NCBI GenBank assembly: GCA_003344405.1
Contig: NOWV01000188.1
Location: forward strand, 62,001-126,000
Direction: 5' to 3'
DNA length: 64,000 bases
DNA from: Trichoplax sp. H2
Lineage: Eukaryota
Positions 39,501-55,200 of this stretch are shown one piece after another. Numbering within the stretch: the first letter of the stretch is position 1; the number at the start of each line of letters is the position of its first letter. The notes below the pieces were generated by a model, which saw nothing but the letters and a program-made list of their open reading frames with translations, did no database searches and had not been told where the DNA came from. A program made the translations under genes and the position numbers.

Positions 39501-42500
39501 CAAGTGAATGGTGGAATTTACATCTCGGGCATTTACAGGAAAACTAAAGCAAATTATTCTGTATTTTTATTTACCAATTTATGATACTATTAGTTGCTGC
39601 ATTTCGTCCTGTTCTGGTATATTTGCATGCTGCTTAACAATCTACATTACTGTACAGATTGGGATGATGTACTGTGTAATGTTTACCATTAGTATGAACA
39701 TATTTTACTGTTACGATAGTGAAATTAGATTACTTTACGATTAATAGTTGTAATAAAGTGTCTTCAAAGTATCACAGCAATAATTACAACTTCTTTAAAG
39801 TTTCAATTTATTACATTTCTTGGTTAGCTAACAATTATCTACGTACGGTTAATATTCCTAGAAATAGCAGGGACTTCTAGATTTCTTTTTTACTCCAGTG
39901 TGGTAAAAAAATCAAGAATTTCCTGGAAATAGCTGCTTATACAATATTGCAATACGTAAAACGAGCAATCTGGATAGATTCTCACACATTCTTATAACCT
40001 TAATATTAGGCTATTTTGAGCACTGCTTTATAGTCAACATTTTAAAATAACATAGTTGATTCTATTATATTTATATCTACGCGTAAATTAATTATTAAAA
40101 TGTATTCCATGATACAAATCAATGTAGAGAGTATATTAAATTGGCTATCGGTATCACGAATGTTTACTATGCTGCAAAACCAGAAAACGCTATAATATCA
40201 TTTATGCAAGAATTACCTGATTGGGAGAATATATCTTGCTTTTCTACCGTATTTATATTGGCGCATACACCAGAAATGCAAGATATAGTAGTTCAGGATT
40301 TTTATCAAGATTGCTTAACTAACTTATGGACTGGTGGTGTAGAGGTAAAGACGCCCATATGGAAGGTGAAATTTTGTGTAGTATAATTTTTTAGCCGCTC
40401 TTTATAATAGCAGTTTTCCATTTTAATCAAGTTTTAACAATTTTCATTGATACAAATATAATCTCCAACCGTAGTTGTGATAATGTGTTCAATATTTATC
40501 ATTATTTTCTCTTTAATAGCTATATTTATCGTATCAATTACAGTAAGTTAATAAATCGAATTTATTGTCGTTTTCTATTTTATAAGTAATACGGTTTGAA
40601 TGATGTCCGAAAATTTTATCCTTAGCCGTAGTAACTTAACCGTACATAATGCTATGCCAATATATAACAAAGTCACGAAATTTGTATCATATCATGACAT
40701 GGCATTTATTGTTTTACCTGTTGATGTGATATATTATAATATGTTTATTAAATTTAATTTTCTAAAAGATTGAGATTATTTTGATTCCAGGTCTTACTGT
40801 GTTTCATCTTTCCACCGCTTATATCTTGCAATATGATCAAATTTAAGAGATATGCTGATTCATCCCAAAGTCATATTAATGTATTAGGCAAAAAGAACGA
40901 GAATATCACGTCGCAGAAACAGCTGGAGGAAATAGCAGGTATTAGATCGAAAAAGTTAAAATCATCTGAAGTCAAGACTATGCAGAATGGTATTAACTGT
41001 GGTGATTTTCTACGCTCTACGATCAAGCCTGCACGGTATTGGGAATTCTATTATGCACCAAGACCCATCTATATTCTTAATTTGGTAACTATAAAATACA
41101 ATAAATGTAGATAATAGAGTTCATATAGCAGTTTAAGACCAATTTAAGAACATGTAATTTACTACATATCAGGCTTTTAATCCTTTAAACTTTCATAAAT
41201 TATTGACAAATCTTGCTTATGGGTTTAAGTAAACTTGCACTGTCATCTTATTTAATTGAAGTAAGACGTAAGCAGGATTAATAAGAACTAAATGGTAGTC
41301 TTATTGCTAGTCTAGATACATCTACGTGTATATATAATGTCCTATATACTGATAAATCTCATAACAAGATAGATAATCACGTAATATTTTATTTGCTAGT
41401 TTTTCTATGTAATATTCCTGGTTACTTATGCTGGCTTTATCATCACCCGATTTCGTCCATATGTACGACCAACAGAAATAATATTAATTATTTGGGTGTC
41501 ATCTTTGATGTTGGAAGAAATTAGACAGGTTTTTTTAATCGATTAAATGATCTAACACAGTCTTGCAAAGTATTATCGATTAAAATTACGATATTCTAGC
41601 TTATAAACAGAAACTAAGAGAAAATTATATGTATACATCTGAAAATAGTGTAAATAGTAGAATTTATTATTAGAATTCACTACTAGGAGTACAAGATTAG
41701 ATAATTTTTGTATAGTAAACTACAAAAATTACGGATATATTGTGAATAAGTTGTAAAGATTATGGGTTTGAGATAATCAAAATTAGTGAGTATGCAAGTT
41801 GGATAAAATTGTGATGTTGTATATTTTTATTTTATTGGCCACCTGTTCTTCCTTATTTCCTGTCGACTTTGTATTTTCGAATAGATTATATGCTCTCCAA
41901 AATTAGGCTATAAGAATAAATTCGAAGATTGGTGGGGTGATCATTGGAACAAAACTGATGCCCTTGGAATCATTCTGTTCTATACTGCATTAGCATTTAG
42001 ACTTTTTCCACATTTACAAGAAGTAGGAAGATTGCTTTATTGCCTCGATTTCATTATATTTTGCCTACGAATATTGCAGTTGCTATCACTACGAGTTAAT
42101 TTGGGACCCAAAATGGCTATGATTAGACATATGGTATGTAAATTATCCTCCTGAAATATATTTAAATTTCCATAATCTGAAATTTTTGACCTGACGCTAA
42201 TAAGAGTGAGCGTCTGTGTGAGATCTAGCTTTGACAAGATCTGGGTTAGTATAGACATATGTTGTGACAAAGAAGATAAAAATAAATGTATCCTTAGATA
42301 TATACTTTATGATTATATTTGTAGACAACAATAGAAACTATAGCATAGTTCTTATTTGCACCGAACTAAGCCTTATAGCTATTATAAGATAGAAAGATTA
42401 ATAGTACTATAGATTGATAGGCTTTATAGAACTTAAATTTTGTTAAAATTTTATTGCGAGGATGCCGTATAATCAGGTAGCTGTAATTATAATTTCGTAT

Positions 42501-44517
42501 ACAGTATCATATAGATTGAAAATATTTGCTAAAGAGAATTCAATTGTAAGTTAAACTTAAAATATATTGCACTAATCATTTTAATAGGTAAGTTATCCAC
42601 AGCGTAAGCAGTTTTTAGAATTATATCTATTAATGGTTGTTGTAATTGATTTTAGGTTGCAGATTTAATTTCTTTCCTGATCATCTTATTTGTCTTCCTG
42701 GTTGCTTTTGGTGTTTCCACTCAAGCGATGTTAAATCCTGTTCCTGAATGGAACAGTGTGGTTTTTAAAAATATTTTTTATGTCCCATATTATCGAATTT
42801 ATGGTGAATTATTCTTGGATGAAAGTAATTTTATTACTAAGTCTACTTCATAAATTGTCCTATAAGACTATTTCTCATAAAAATTGAATTGGCTGTGAGT
42901 TAAACACATAGTACAATCTACTACAGCTTCCATAATCGTTTTATACCAATAACAGATATTTATCATTCTTTATTAAGATATAGTTCCTAAAATAGAGTCA
43001 TTTAAGCGTAATAATTCTAAAAGAAGTTTATAAGTTGACGTCATTGTTGTATTTGTTAACTTTATTATGAAAATTAGGTTTGAATTGTGGTAATAGCAAT
43101 AGTAGTGGGGTAGAACAAGTCTGGGGATATGAATGCGTTGCTGTCGATATAATTGTGAATATTTTGGTGGTTGTTTATTTATTATTAACTACTATCTTAT
43201 TACTCAATCTACTGATTGCAATTTTCAAGTAAGTCTGAAAAGAATGATTATTTTGTTTCGATAGCTTTTAATATCAGTCTATAAGCTTAAGTGGCTATAA
43301 TTCTTGTTTTACTTTTACTTTTCATTTAGCAATACCTACAATACCATTCAAGATCGTGCAGACAGGATTTGGAAAATTCAATATAACGATTTATTGCGAG
43401 AGTATTTGTTTCGATCACCTAGTGTGCCACCATTAAACTTGTTTACCACTATCAAACAACTCTTACCAACAAATATGAAAGCATCTTTTGCTGATTGGAG
43501 AGATTTTCTTGCTGAATTAATCCAACTAAGTCATTTAAGTATGTATTTACGCTAGAAAGTTCCATAACATGACAGTATCCTTAGTCTAATAACGATTGTA
43601 CTTGTTTTCTGCTTGATTTCATCAAATGAATTGAATTTTGCTCATCTAAAATTTTTAGAAATTCCTTGCAAGAACTTAAAAGGCTCTGAAATTTATAAAT
43701 TAAAGAGCCTAGAAGATAAATATCGGACAAAATATTTCAATGATAATAAGAAGAAATTATCAGAGCTAAATGTAGCAAACATAGAAGAAAAGCTTGATAC
43801 GTGCCTAGCTGAGTAAGTAAAGAATTGACCTGTATAGAATTTACATTTGGCTTTCAGAGTTGTTACCTTTCCTTAGTCATCACACAGACACGGTCTTATA
43901 TTGTTCATAATTTAATCGCTATATCTTAAGTAAATATAACATACATGATGATGCCATGGTTTATAAGTATACAGTCTTGATGACATCATAATTACAGCTT
44001 AATGACACATGATACTCGAATTTGAAATGTTAGTGATTAGTGATTATAATTAATTAGAAGGGAGTAGAATAATACCTTTAATGATGTAGTGGTTCTTTTA
44101 CTAAGGAACAATAATGTGTCACGATTTCTTGCTCTAATCTAACCTCACTGAACCTACTTTTGAATGGATGATCTCTAGTTTAATTTATAATTCTATTTAC
44201 CGACAGTCTGCAATTTAATTTACGTAAATCAAATTAATATTGAATATAGTGAAAATTTAATCCTAAGAAAAGGATAGCAATAGCATTATATGTACTGATA
44301 ATCTACTTTTGAGGTGCTATAGTGTGTGCTTGGAGATTCTAACCAAAAAATGGCTCCATTAAAGCTCAATTCGAATGAAAAATTTTAAAATTCTTATTTA
44401 TTAAATAGGTTGAATTGGTTAAAAAATAAAATTCAGGACTCAACACATAAAGGAGAATATTTTACAAGGTCTTCTAGCCAGTATAGTTTGGCTACTGTAA
44501 ATCATACATCAGTTTAA
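30562..44517 (+). CDS. TRPM: TRPM-like cation channel, copy 2
   Basis: Approximate exons: 30562-30573, 31700-31791, 32051-32219, 33033-33392, 34096-34282, 34788-34937, ~35056-35194, ~35388-35453, 35864-36640/36649, 36918-37184, 37341-37609, ~37696-37823, 38380-38445, 38921-39348, 40128-40365, 40791-41084, 41400-41528, 41885-42133, 42656-42824, 43078-43228, 43330-43538, 43660-43812, 44409-44517. Same motifs and intron phases as copy 1, its closest relative. An in-frame TGA at 30541 lies upstream of the ATG. Confidence 0.88.
33540..34000. repeat. Three diverged tandem copies of a unit of about 165 bp in a copy 2 intron
   Basis: The skeleton aattacg...tcattatga...tttta(a/t)aa.cta...aaatt..atca.at..cataaatcag.t..a..aatat.tac.ag recurs from about 33544, 33714 and 33871. 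Confidence 0.7.
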
Positions 44518-46220
44518 TATGGTCTATTTTTATTCGTAGCTATGGCATAAATAAAATTGTAATAGGAAATGGTTAGCTTACATTGCCGTTTAATTTAATA
44601 GTACAAAATGCGTAAAATATTGGGTGCTCGATTCATATCTAAGATTGTCTCGATATCTGTTGCACTTTTTTTAGCTAAGTGATAATATTGCAATTTTAAC
44701 AAACTTGTAGACTATGCTAAACATGGATAGATGATTGGATTGGGTTATATATACGTTACGTATACACCTTTATTAAATTGGGTTTATAATGCTAGTAGAT
44801 GTAACCAAATAAATTATGTAATTATTAGTAGGTTCTACAATAGGTAATTTAGTTCTGATATTAGTAATTCGTATATTCTGTTGCAATAAGTTGGATAGTA
44901 AAATTGATGATAAATTTTCGATAAAATAATTTGTTTGACAATCCGATTCGAGTAATAAAGTGGATTTTTACAAGAAATTGAACATCTTGTTATAACATTA
45001 TTAAGATAGTTTATTGAGCATTGATAATCTATACACAAGAACAAACTTAGTTATTATTCCCTGGCTGATAATTATCGATAATGATCAATACGTTATATCA
45101 ATGTTATAGTTTATTTAACTTTCGTCTCAGCTTTTAACTATCGTGCAATATCTGATTCAAATTTTGAAAACTGAGTCTAAATTGACTCTGAAGATATAGC
45201 AAACTACGGTCTATAGTTAAGTGTGGTAAAAAAATAATCAACTGAATCACTTAGCTTTTCCTGTTTACTACCGTAATGGGATTAACGTTTTATTCCTCAA
45301 ATAAATCAAGTAATATAGTAGACCAACAAGTAGGATGAATAATACAAGTAAAGATTATTTACGATTAAATGCTAAATACTAGTAATTACTTTAACGATAG
45401 TAAGAATGGAAAATATACGTAAGTTATTGCTAGCCTCAAAGTATTATAAAATGCAAGAATTGAGTTAAAGTTAAGTAACTATAGTAAAGAAATCGATCAA
45501 GTATCTTTAAAGTATAATTAAAGTTGAACATTGCCGTGCATAGTAATATAATTTACAACTATACTTTGATCACGATGGATTTCAAAATATGTTCATTATT
45601 TACATTATTATTTCTAAAAAGATTTTTAGAAAAAGATTAATAGGTCTGATAATAAAGATGTCGACTGGTTTGATCGAATATCCACCTCGTAGCTATTTAT
45701 TGAATATTTTAAATGCAATTGTAATATCTTGTATTTACTTTATTATTTGTAAGAGTAACATTGTCAGCTTCTGACGTTTTATTTTCACTATAATTTAAGT
45801 ATTGAATCGCACAAAATTTTAGAGTATAATAGCATGATTTAATGTAGAATTTATAGCGCTTCGAGCTAGTACTGTTTATTATTACAATTTGCCTACCATG
45901 ATGCAAAATATATTTATTTAATTAATATTAATTTTTAAATTTTAATATTATAATTAATCCATCAAATTATTACATTCATTAACTTGACTATAGAGTGATT
46001 GGTGTAATTTTAAGATCGCGTACACTTTGCAGTAGTGCTTATAATATCGTAGCGAATTAAGAAAGACTTGTTACTTGTTGATAACTTATCATATGATTAG
46101 GCTTAAGTAGAGATTGTCCACGATTCATTAATCTCTTACAGAAGATTGATTATATACTAGTCAGGGTCTTTTTCCTATTCAAATTTTGATCATAGTTCCA
46201 ATGCAGTTATATAGTGAATC

Positions 46221-49200
46221 ATGAAGGAATTGGTAAGTAACCGATCCTACTTACAACAAGGTGTATTCTTTATGATTTCAATATTTTTAGTTGTCAAGAA
46301 TAATACCTACAAATCAATTTGATTAATTATTAGTCCCATAATTACTAAAGATATTGTTTGTCATACTAAATCGTATTGAATACAACCATAATCAGGGTGC
46401 TATTCTGATAAAGAAATAGGAGTTCAAGCCTAGTGGTAAACATCGCAAGTAGTCATTTTCTCATACGACTCTATGAATAGCACATCCTATACTAATACTA
46501 ATAAATAGCAATAGTAGTCTGCAATTCTTCGATATTAAAACTTAAAAAGTTAGAATAAAAGTCATGACTTAAACGTATCTTAGAACTAAAGGAATTTTTT
46601 ACCACTTTAGATATTAGCATAGCATCAACCTTAAATGTTGATTGATATCTTACTTTTAAACATGTGCAAATGTATGACTTTAACATGATGACATTTACTA
46701 AATCTTTTTCGATGTAGAGAGTAACAGTAGACTTTATATCCAAAAATTTTCAAAAGCGTGAGTGTATTTGCTATATAGAAGGTGAAAATTGGGAAAATGA
46801 TGACTCAAGGTAGATTTTTAGTGGACTTAGATTAAAGAATGGTAACTAGCAGATACCGTCGAATATTTGAGTAAAAATTCTAGCTAATCTTGTGTTTAGT
46901 GTAGACTACTAGAAAAATTATGTAAGTATTATCCAGATTTTGCTATCTTACTCGAGATTCAAGGTCTATAATGTCTCGCACTAAGTCTAACTGAAATTAT
47001 AATTATTAATAACTGTTTATTTCGTGATGGCAATTTAGCACTAAACGGTGTCAATGTGGCAGAAAGAAGCACGCCGGAGACAGAGTTGTTTTCAGTTCGA
47101 ATCAAAGGATGAAATGGGATTGGGAAAAACATACAAGGCTCCAAAGGACAGATGCATTTGGCGAAATCCAATTTTATCGCTATGGCATGAAACCATCGAC
47201 AGCGAAGGTAAATAGAAAGAATTTAAGCTGATTTTATCGATTTTGTTAGCGGTCTTACAAAGTCTTTCGATCTTATTCAACATTATTAAGACTAAGTACG
47301 GTAAAACATACCCAGTAAATAGAAGTAATTTAGGAGCTCAATAAGAGTCTATGCGATGCTTCATCATTTCAGTTATTGAAATTACTTAGCGAGTATTGGG
47401 GTATCAAAGATCAAAGCTTAATTATATCTAACTTTTATTGTCAAAAGCAACCATGAATATGCAGTATTTAGACTCTTATTCGAGCCTACTTATGAATTAA
47501 AAGTACTGGCAGTTGAAAATAGTAATCTTAAGCTATAGGATCTTATGCATCAAAGATCTAAACTTAGTTAGATCTATTATTATTGCTAGTGATGGTGTAA
47601 TGGTGACCATGATTAGGTCACGCTTACGCTCTTAGTTAAGTCTACTTGAGACACACAATTAATAACAGTTAAAAATGGTAATTCTAAGTCATAAGATCTA
47701 TGGGGCAAAGCGATTGATTGTTCATTTACTGGTAATATTATCAGCGGACATTAATAATGTAATTAAATGTAATTCAGTTTAGGGCAAAGCAACTGATTAT
47801 TCATTTACCATATCTACTGTTATTGGCACTAGTATACTTAGATAGTCAATTAGCGGAAGGGATTTTTGCGCCATGTTGATAACTTAATAAGAGTATTCTT
47901 TGCTCGATACTATTTTAGAATTAGATCGAACCATTCATTCCTTGTTCGCTATTGACAGAAATCTTAATTAATGCTTTGTTATATTATATTTTAAATCACA
48001 TGTATCAATAGTATCTGAGAGTCTCAGTTGATGTCTTACCATCCCTACTGCTAAGTTTGCTGCAAAAACATTGGGTAATTAACGATCCAAGTTTGATTGT
48101 ATCCATCATTGCCGAGGGTCCTACTCAAGATGCGATTCCTGCGTCTGTTACTAATTTACTCTGTAAAGGTTTAGTCAATTTAGCCACAGATACAGCAGCT
48201 TACGTTTTAACTTCTGGCTATCATTTGGGCGTATTAAAATTAATCAGCGAAGTTTTGAAAAAAAGTCAAGATACTAATAACGAACAAGGTTCTCATAAGA
48301 GCATTCCAATTATTGGCATTGCATCTTGGGGTTCAATTTTAAATAGGAGACTTTTGCAAAATGATAAGGTACAGTGTGTTAAAGTATTAATTACATCAAT
48401 ATCTAGACGTATCTGTAATAGTTTTCTCAATTTGCGTGATGGATCTTAAATGTAAAAAATAATCCAAATTGAAGGATTCACTGTTGATACATTTGAAGTT
48501 ATGTTAAAGATATTGGTTATATTAGGGTCTTGGCTGCTATCCAGCTAAATGTGTAGCTACAAGAAAAGCCGTTGGTAAGTTTCTGCCCCTCGATCCAAGC
48601 CATACCCATTTCATTTTAGCTGATGATGGTAAAGTTGGTATCCGTGAAGCAGAAGAAACTCTAAGATCGAGATTGGAAGAGCACTTACTAGAAAAGATAT
48701 TCCATACCGGTATTTTGCAGTAATTTTCTCATTTTCTGAAAGGAATAGCTGCTGTTTAAACTAGGGTTAATTAATTTAGACCATTATTTGTAGATATTTT
48801 CCATCTAAGTTATCTTACTGATGGTCAGCAATATTAGATAGAAATAACGCAAACTCAATAACGTTCATCCTACTTAAGATCCCTCAATATTTGCTATTAC
48901 AATGTTTATGTTTAGCTACGTTAGTTACCGTACTTAATATTCCTTGATAATATTTGCGGTAATAGTTAGTGGAGTAATAAATCAATGAATGATGCTATCT
49001 AAATCCAGGCAAGGTTCCATTGATACATATAATCATAGCTGGAAACACCGATACTGTTGAAAAGATCTGGAAATATCTTCAGAAAAATTTACCAGTTGTC
49101 ATTGTTGCCAATACTGGTGGAGCAGCTGAATTGATTACTTCTGTTAAGGAAATCGGGTGAGTAGAAAATGAAATGAAAAAAATGAGCAGAAACAGAGAAA

Positions 49201-52200
49201 GATAATGCAAGATAAATTTTGACTCCATTTTTCACATTGTTTAGAATACCTCAGGATAACAGTTTAGAACATCAAATATGCCAATATTTAGGATTAAAGC
49301 CATCAGAAGGAAATGGAATAGAATCGAAAGTAAAAGAGTGTTCCAATAATATTCTATCTATCATTCAAAAAGAACATCTGGTAAAAATAAAATTTATAAT
49401 ATAAAACAGTCTCTTCCAACTTCATTTGTACCTTCCATTAAATAAAAAATGTATTTTTGTGTCAATTATATTTTCAAAGAGATTGTAATATATCATTCAT
49501 GGTTCTAACTATAAGTTGCATCTCCATTATTACTCAGATTCACATATATTATAGTAAGAAACACCAACTGAATGATGTAATCTATGAAGCTGTCGTTCAG
49601 GGTATAACGCAAAGAAATAGGAAATATACAATAATTCTAGATTGAAGATTATACCAGTACCGGTTTTAACTAAAACAGGAGGCATCTTCGCTTATTGTAA
49701 TTGAGGATGATCATCGAATAACGTGGCATAAGCCGTTAACTAATGTTACTATATATCCGTAAAATATAGCTCTTACTCGAAGTCTACATTATTTATGGCT
49801 GTTACCAATAATTGTGATGTAGTCACGTGTGTATGGCAATAGCATATAGTGCAACGGTTAGAGGTGTATTTATTTCGTAATTATTGCGAAATACTGGATG
49901 GTATAACCGTTTACGCTATCTAGTAATTCAAAATAGTTAAAAGTCATTTATTATAGCCGTAGTTGGATGTCCACATTACTCATAGTAGCTACGAACATAC
50001 AGTTTGGCGTAAATGTGATATATGGCTTGATTACTGTCATTGTAAATAATTGTTGAAGAATGCTATTTGACCAATATTTCATCATTTTGCAGTAGATGTA
50101 GTCGCATACATGTGGTAATAACATATAATGTAGCTGTTGCGAATGGCTGGATACCATAACCGTTCACATCATCCAGTAATCCGCAATAGTTAAAAAATTT
50201 TTACTACAGCCATCGTTTAATGTCCACATTACTCATAACAACTTCAGTCGAACAATTTAGTATAAAATGTTGATAGATATCATGCGTATTACAGTAGCAA
50301 TATCAGGTACTACAAGTTCAAAACTGGTAAATAAGCCAATCTATTACGTTAGAATTGAAAATTTAGAACTGATTTTAAAACTTATAGCACAGCAGTTAGG
50401 CACAAATCAGCGGACAGCGCTAAAGGTAATGTGGAATCGAATCGAACCAAGTACTCCAGTCGAGAATTGGGGGGTAAGGCGGCCTTTGACCAGTGATAAG
50501 ATTGAAATTTCCACAAAATATCGGTATTACATCTCTGAATAGCAAAAGTAAATAGTTTTCTTCTTGCTAATATTTATTTGATAGGAAACTGATGCCTATG
50601 CAACGATGAAAAAGGCACTATTGGGCGATCGAGAAGATATTGTCGCATTTATGTTAAAAGAAAATCACGGCCTCGACGTCAATAGCTTTGTAACTCCTAG
50701 TCGACTACAGGACCTTTATGAATCGGTAAAAGATAATTAAATTTTACAAAAATGTTAACCCTAAGTTAACTCATGGACTATGATTAAAGTGTCTACAGTA
50801 GACTATTTTCAGATAATCTATGATTTGTATTTATTTTTTTGAGAAATTGGAATAAAACTTGTGTTAGATGATATTTAACAATTTCAAAGTAAAATACTAG
50901 TCGGGCAGTCACTCTAGATGGCCTACTAGTTCTATTATGGTCAACATATATTGCGTAATCGCTTCAATTTAAGTTTCACTTCCACCATCTTGATATTCCG
51001 ATAAGTTAAAGTTTATGATTTCTGTATTCAGAATACTAGTATCTTTAGATTCAAAGATTAAGAAAGACTAACATATCACTGTTTAAAATTGCTCACCAGC
51101 TCTGCCATGGATTGGTGATTTCAAATCCACGTATTATAATTATAGTGCATTTATTGTATATTTGCTAAATCAGTTACAATTATCATATTTCAGTTTCATT
51201 CCCACCTAGAATTAGATATTTCAAAGCATTGCAATTTATGATTGCAGTATTTGGAATACCGATATCTTTGGATTCAATACTTAAGGAAGGTTGATTAATA
51301 TATATTGCTATTTAATTAAAATTGCTCACCAGCTCTGCCTTGAATTAGCAATTTTAAAAATTATCGTATTATATTTAAACCAATCTTTTCCATTAATGAA
51401 TTGTAATTATGATGAAATGAATTAAATTTACCAACTCTATTTTCATTTCACTGAAATATTAAGTTATAAAGTTGGCTAAGTGAATGGATTTCTAAATGTT
51501 TATCTTACAACATTAATATTTCTTGCCGTGTATGTATGAGATTGTTAAGTTATTCATATATATTATGATAGGCTCCCGAAGATAGTCTTCTGCGATTATA
51601 TATTTCCGAAACAATTAAACCCACATATCGAAATCAGGTGAAACAAATATTCTTTGTTAGTTCTATTTCATATACGGCTATATGCAGAAAATTATTGCTA
51701 CTACTACATGAGGATTAGTCTAAAGGATTTGTTAATTTACAGAAATAGTATATGATCATTTTTAACTACCAATGAACACAAACGTAGTGAGGTAGTTGAA
51801 TAATCCAAATCCTTACGTCAAACGCAAATTTTTGACAATATTTATTTGCTCTACATTCTTTAAAGAGTTGCAAATATTACGAACTTAATAATATTGGTAA
51901 AGCGATTGCCAGTCTTATGGGCCATGATTATTGTAATCCTTACTCGGATGAAAAATTAAAAGTCAAACCTAAATCGACAGCTAATAACCAGACCGATATC
52001 GAGAATGAAGCAGTGCAAACTGAAGACGAATGGCCATGTGAAATAACTGAAATGAAAGATGCTGTCTATTTTGATGATCCACATCGTGAACTGTTTTTAT
52101 GGGCTGTGTTAACAGATCGATTTAAAATTTCCATGATATTCTGGCAAAAATTGCGTTACTCTGTTGCTGGAGCGCTAGTGGCTGCTAATATTCTACTTCG

Positions 52201-55200
52201 AATGTCCGAAAGCGTCTTGGTCAAAAAGAACCACAAAATTATTGATAAACTAAAAGATCGAGGCAGGTTGGTTAGGAATATATTATATGTGCTGCATTGA
52301 TAACTTTGCGTGCTTACCTGTGTTACCCTGAATATTTTAATGAGCATTAATATTATTACTAAATTTAATCCATACATGCATTAGCAAATAAATTACTGGC
52401 AATGTGTGAAATCAAAGCATTTCAACATACTCGTATACGTATTATAAGATTACGCTACGCTTTGCCTGTTTAAGAATTGATAATTGCCTCCGTAGCTTGC
52501 TTTAAATTCATATCTAGGGTTAACTTAGCATGGAATATAATATCCCACGATATATCGTCATTACTTGTAAGCTACTTGAAATTTTCGTCTAGATTATTCG
52601 TTACTGGCACAGGGGGAATATTTCAATGGTTTAGTACTGCCGTTAAGAGCTTCCTTTAATTTTTTCATCAAGAACGCAGATTATAACAGCATTGGTTCAA
52701 AAAAAGATACTGTATTGCCACAACGAGTATTACTGCTAGGATTGATTTAAATGTCTACTTATAAGATGATTAACATTATAGAATTATAGTTGATAATTAC
52801 CTGTATGGCTGACTTTAAATTTTCATGTATGATTAACTACTGTAAAGTTTTTCAATTTTCTAATTAGAATGTTAATCATTGATTCTTTCCTAATATGGTA
52901 TTATTAGCGTAAAGTTTGCGGTAATTTTACATCGAGGGAGTTACTTAGTTTGGACTAGTAATGGCGATCATACGTTCATACGATAATCATTAAACTTTTC
53001 TTAACCTTTCGTGTAGTAAATGGATTCATTTAAAAATGATCTGGAGTACGTAATACTTCGATAAATGTGATAACTATAGTGTACCAGCTCTTAATCCTTC
53101 TTCTACGATATCTTCTATCTAGTACATTTATTAGTTTAGCCTTGGGTGTAATCAACGAATGCTACAAGGAGAATTCTGATGATGCAGTATTATTATTTAT
53201 GCAAGAATTACCTGATTGGGGAAACTGCTCCTGTTTCGCTATCGTTTTCGCATCATCGAGGATGAATGATATCATCATCCATGACTGCTACCAAGAATCG
53301 CTTAATAATTTGTGGACCGGTGAAATAAAAACGACTACTCCTATCTGGAAGGTAAGTGAAAATATTGCTAGCTATTCCTAACTGCTATTTCATTAGTAGA
53401 TACTATAAAAACATTCGAATTTTGCCTTGCAGTATGTTTGATATATTTCTAGCTTAACATTTTTATTCTATATTGAACTTTAGGTCTTGCTATGCATCGC
53501 TTGTCCCTTCCTAGTCTTCACTGATTTCGTCCAATTTAAACCTCATGCCCATTTATATTCCTTTTATCGCCAAAATAACGTAATACCCGATGCTAACAAG
53601 ATAACATCACAGGAAGACATTGAAATAGCTATTGATAATGTTTGTAGTAATTGCGAACAGAATCAACCGAGAAAAGTTCGAGAGAAGTTAAACGATCAAC
53701 TCCAAATGTCTAAATTTAGTCTATTACGACTAGAAAAGTTTTATACAGCACCTAGGATGATTTTTCTACTTAATATGGTAAATTGACTTGAATAAACTCA
53801 ATTTTATTAGTTACCGGTAGCCAATATTGCTATCGGTATTGGAGGCTAGTTTCCTAATAAATTTAGATGGAAAAATATCTTAATTTAATATATTTAACGG
53901 CATTATCACGAAAGAATTTTCTGTAAATAGACTGCAATGGCAAGCATTATAGATAGTTCATCAACTCAAATATTTTTACTATTTCCATTTTTTGAATTCA
54001 GCTTACCTACGTAACATTTCTGATCGTCTATGCGGTTTTCATCATGACTAAACTCGATGGACATATTAAACCAATCGAATATGTCTTGATAATTTGGGTG
54101 TCAGCACTTGGATTTGAGGAAGTTAGACAGGTAATTCTTTTAGTTCGATCTTCTTGATGGGGTATAAAATGCTAAAGAGATGTGCGGCTGACGATGAAAA
54201 TCGTAATTAGTTCGATAGCTTAGTAGCCATTGAAAGTAATTTATCGTTTATGAGATTAAACATTTTACTGAATATGTATTCGTGCTGTTATTGTAGCTAA
54301 ATAAAACAAGGCACATAACCATAATTATTTACCACTATATCTACAGATTATCTTTGCACCCAAGCCGCGATTTATTAGTAAATTAGCATACTGGTGGTCC
54401 GATCATTGGAATAAAACTGATGTACTCGCTATTATAGCATTTTATTCAGCCGTAATTTTTCGGTCATTTAATGAAACAGGAGAAGTAGGTAGATTAATTT
54501 ATTGCGTGGATTTTATCATCTTCTTCCTTCGTATGCTGCAAATGCTTTCCGTTCGCGTTAACCTGGGACCAAAAATGGCCATGATCAGACACATGGTATT
54601 AGTTAATGATGCTTCATTTTATTTTTAGTCTGTATTTATAGCTTGGTAATTAGATATTTTTAAGTTAGAGATGCAATTAATACTGTAGGATGGGTAATTT
54701 TGACATATATTTTTCAAAGCACCAGTAATGCTATATAGAAATCTACTTTCATATATCATAAATTCTCAAATCTATGAGGATATGCATTCATTCAGTCCTA
54801 CTTCTAAGATACTCGATCATTAACTGTATTCATTGTTGCAAAACCCACATGCAAGAAGAAACAGTATAAGGGCATTACATAGGAAATATAAATCACTAAG
54901 TTATAAAGGATTCCTGAAATACCTAATTAGTCGAATTAATTCTACCTATTACATTATATTACCTATATCAATACGCTAACGCGAATTTCCTGTATGATAT
55001 CATATTGTCATCGATCAATTTTTATAGTAGTGATCGTTTTTTAGGTTAAGGATTTAATTTCTTTCATCATCATCTTACTCGTCTTTTTGGCTGCCTTTGG
55101 TATTGCTACACAAGCTATATTATATCCGGTAGCTGAATTGAGTAGCACAGTAATAAAAAACATCTTTTATGTTCCCTATTATCGAATCTATGGCGAATTA

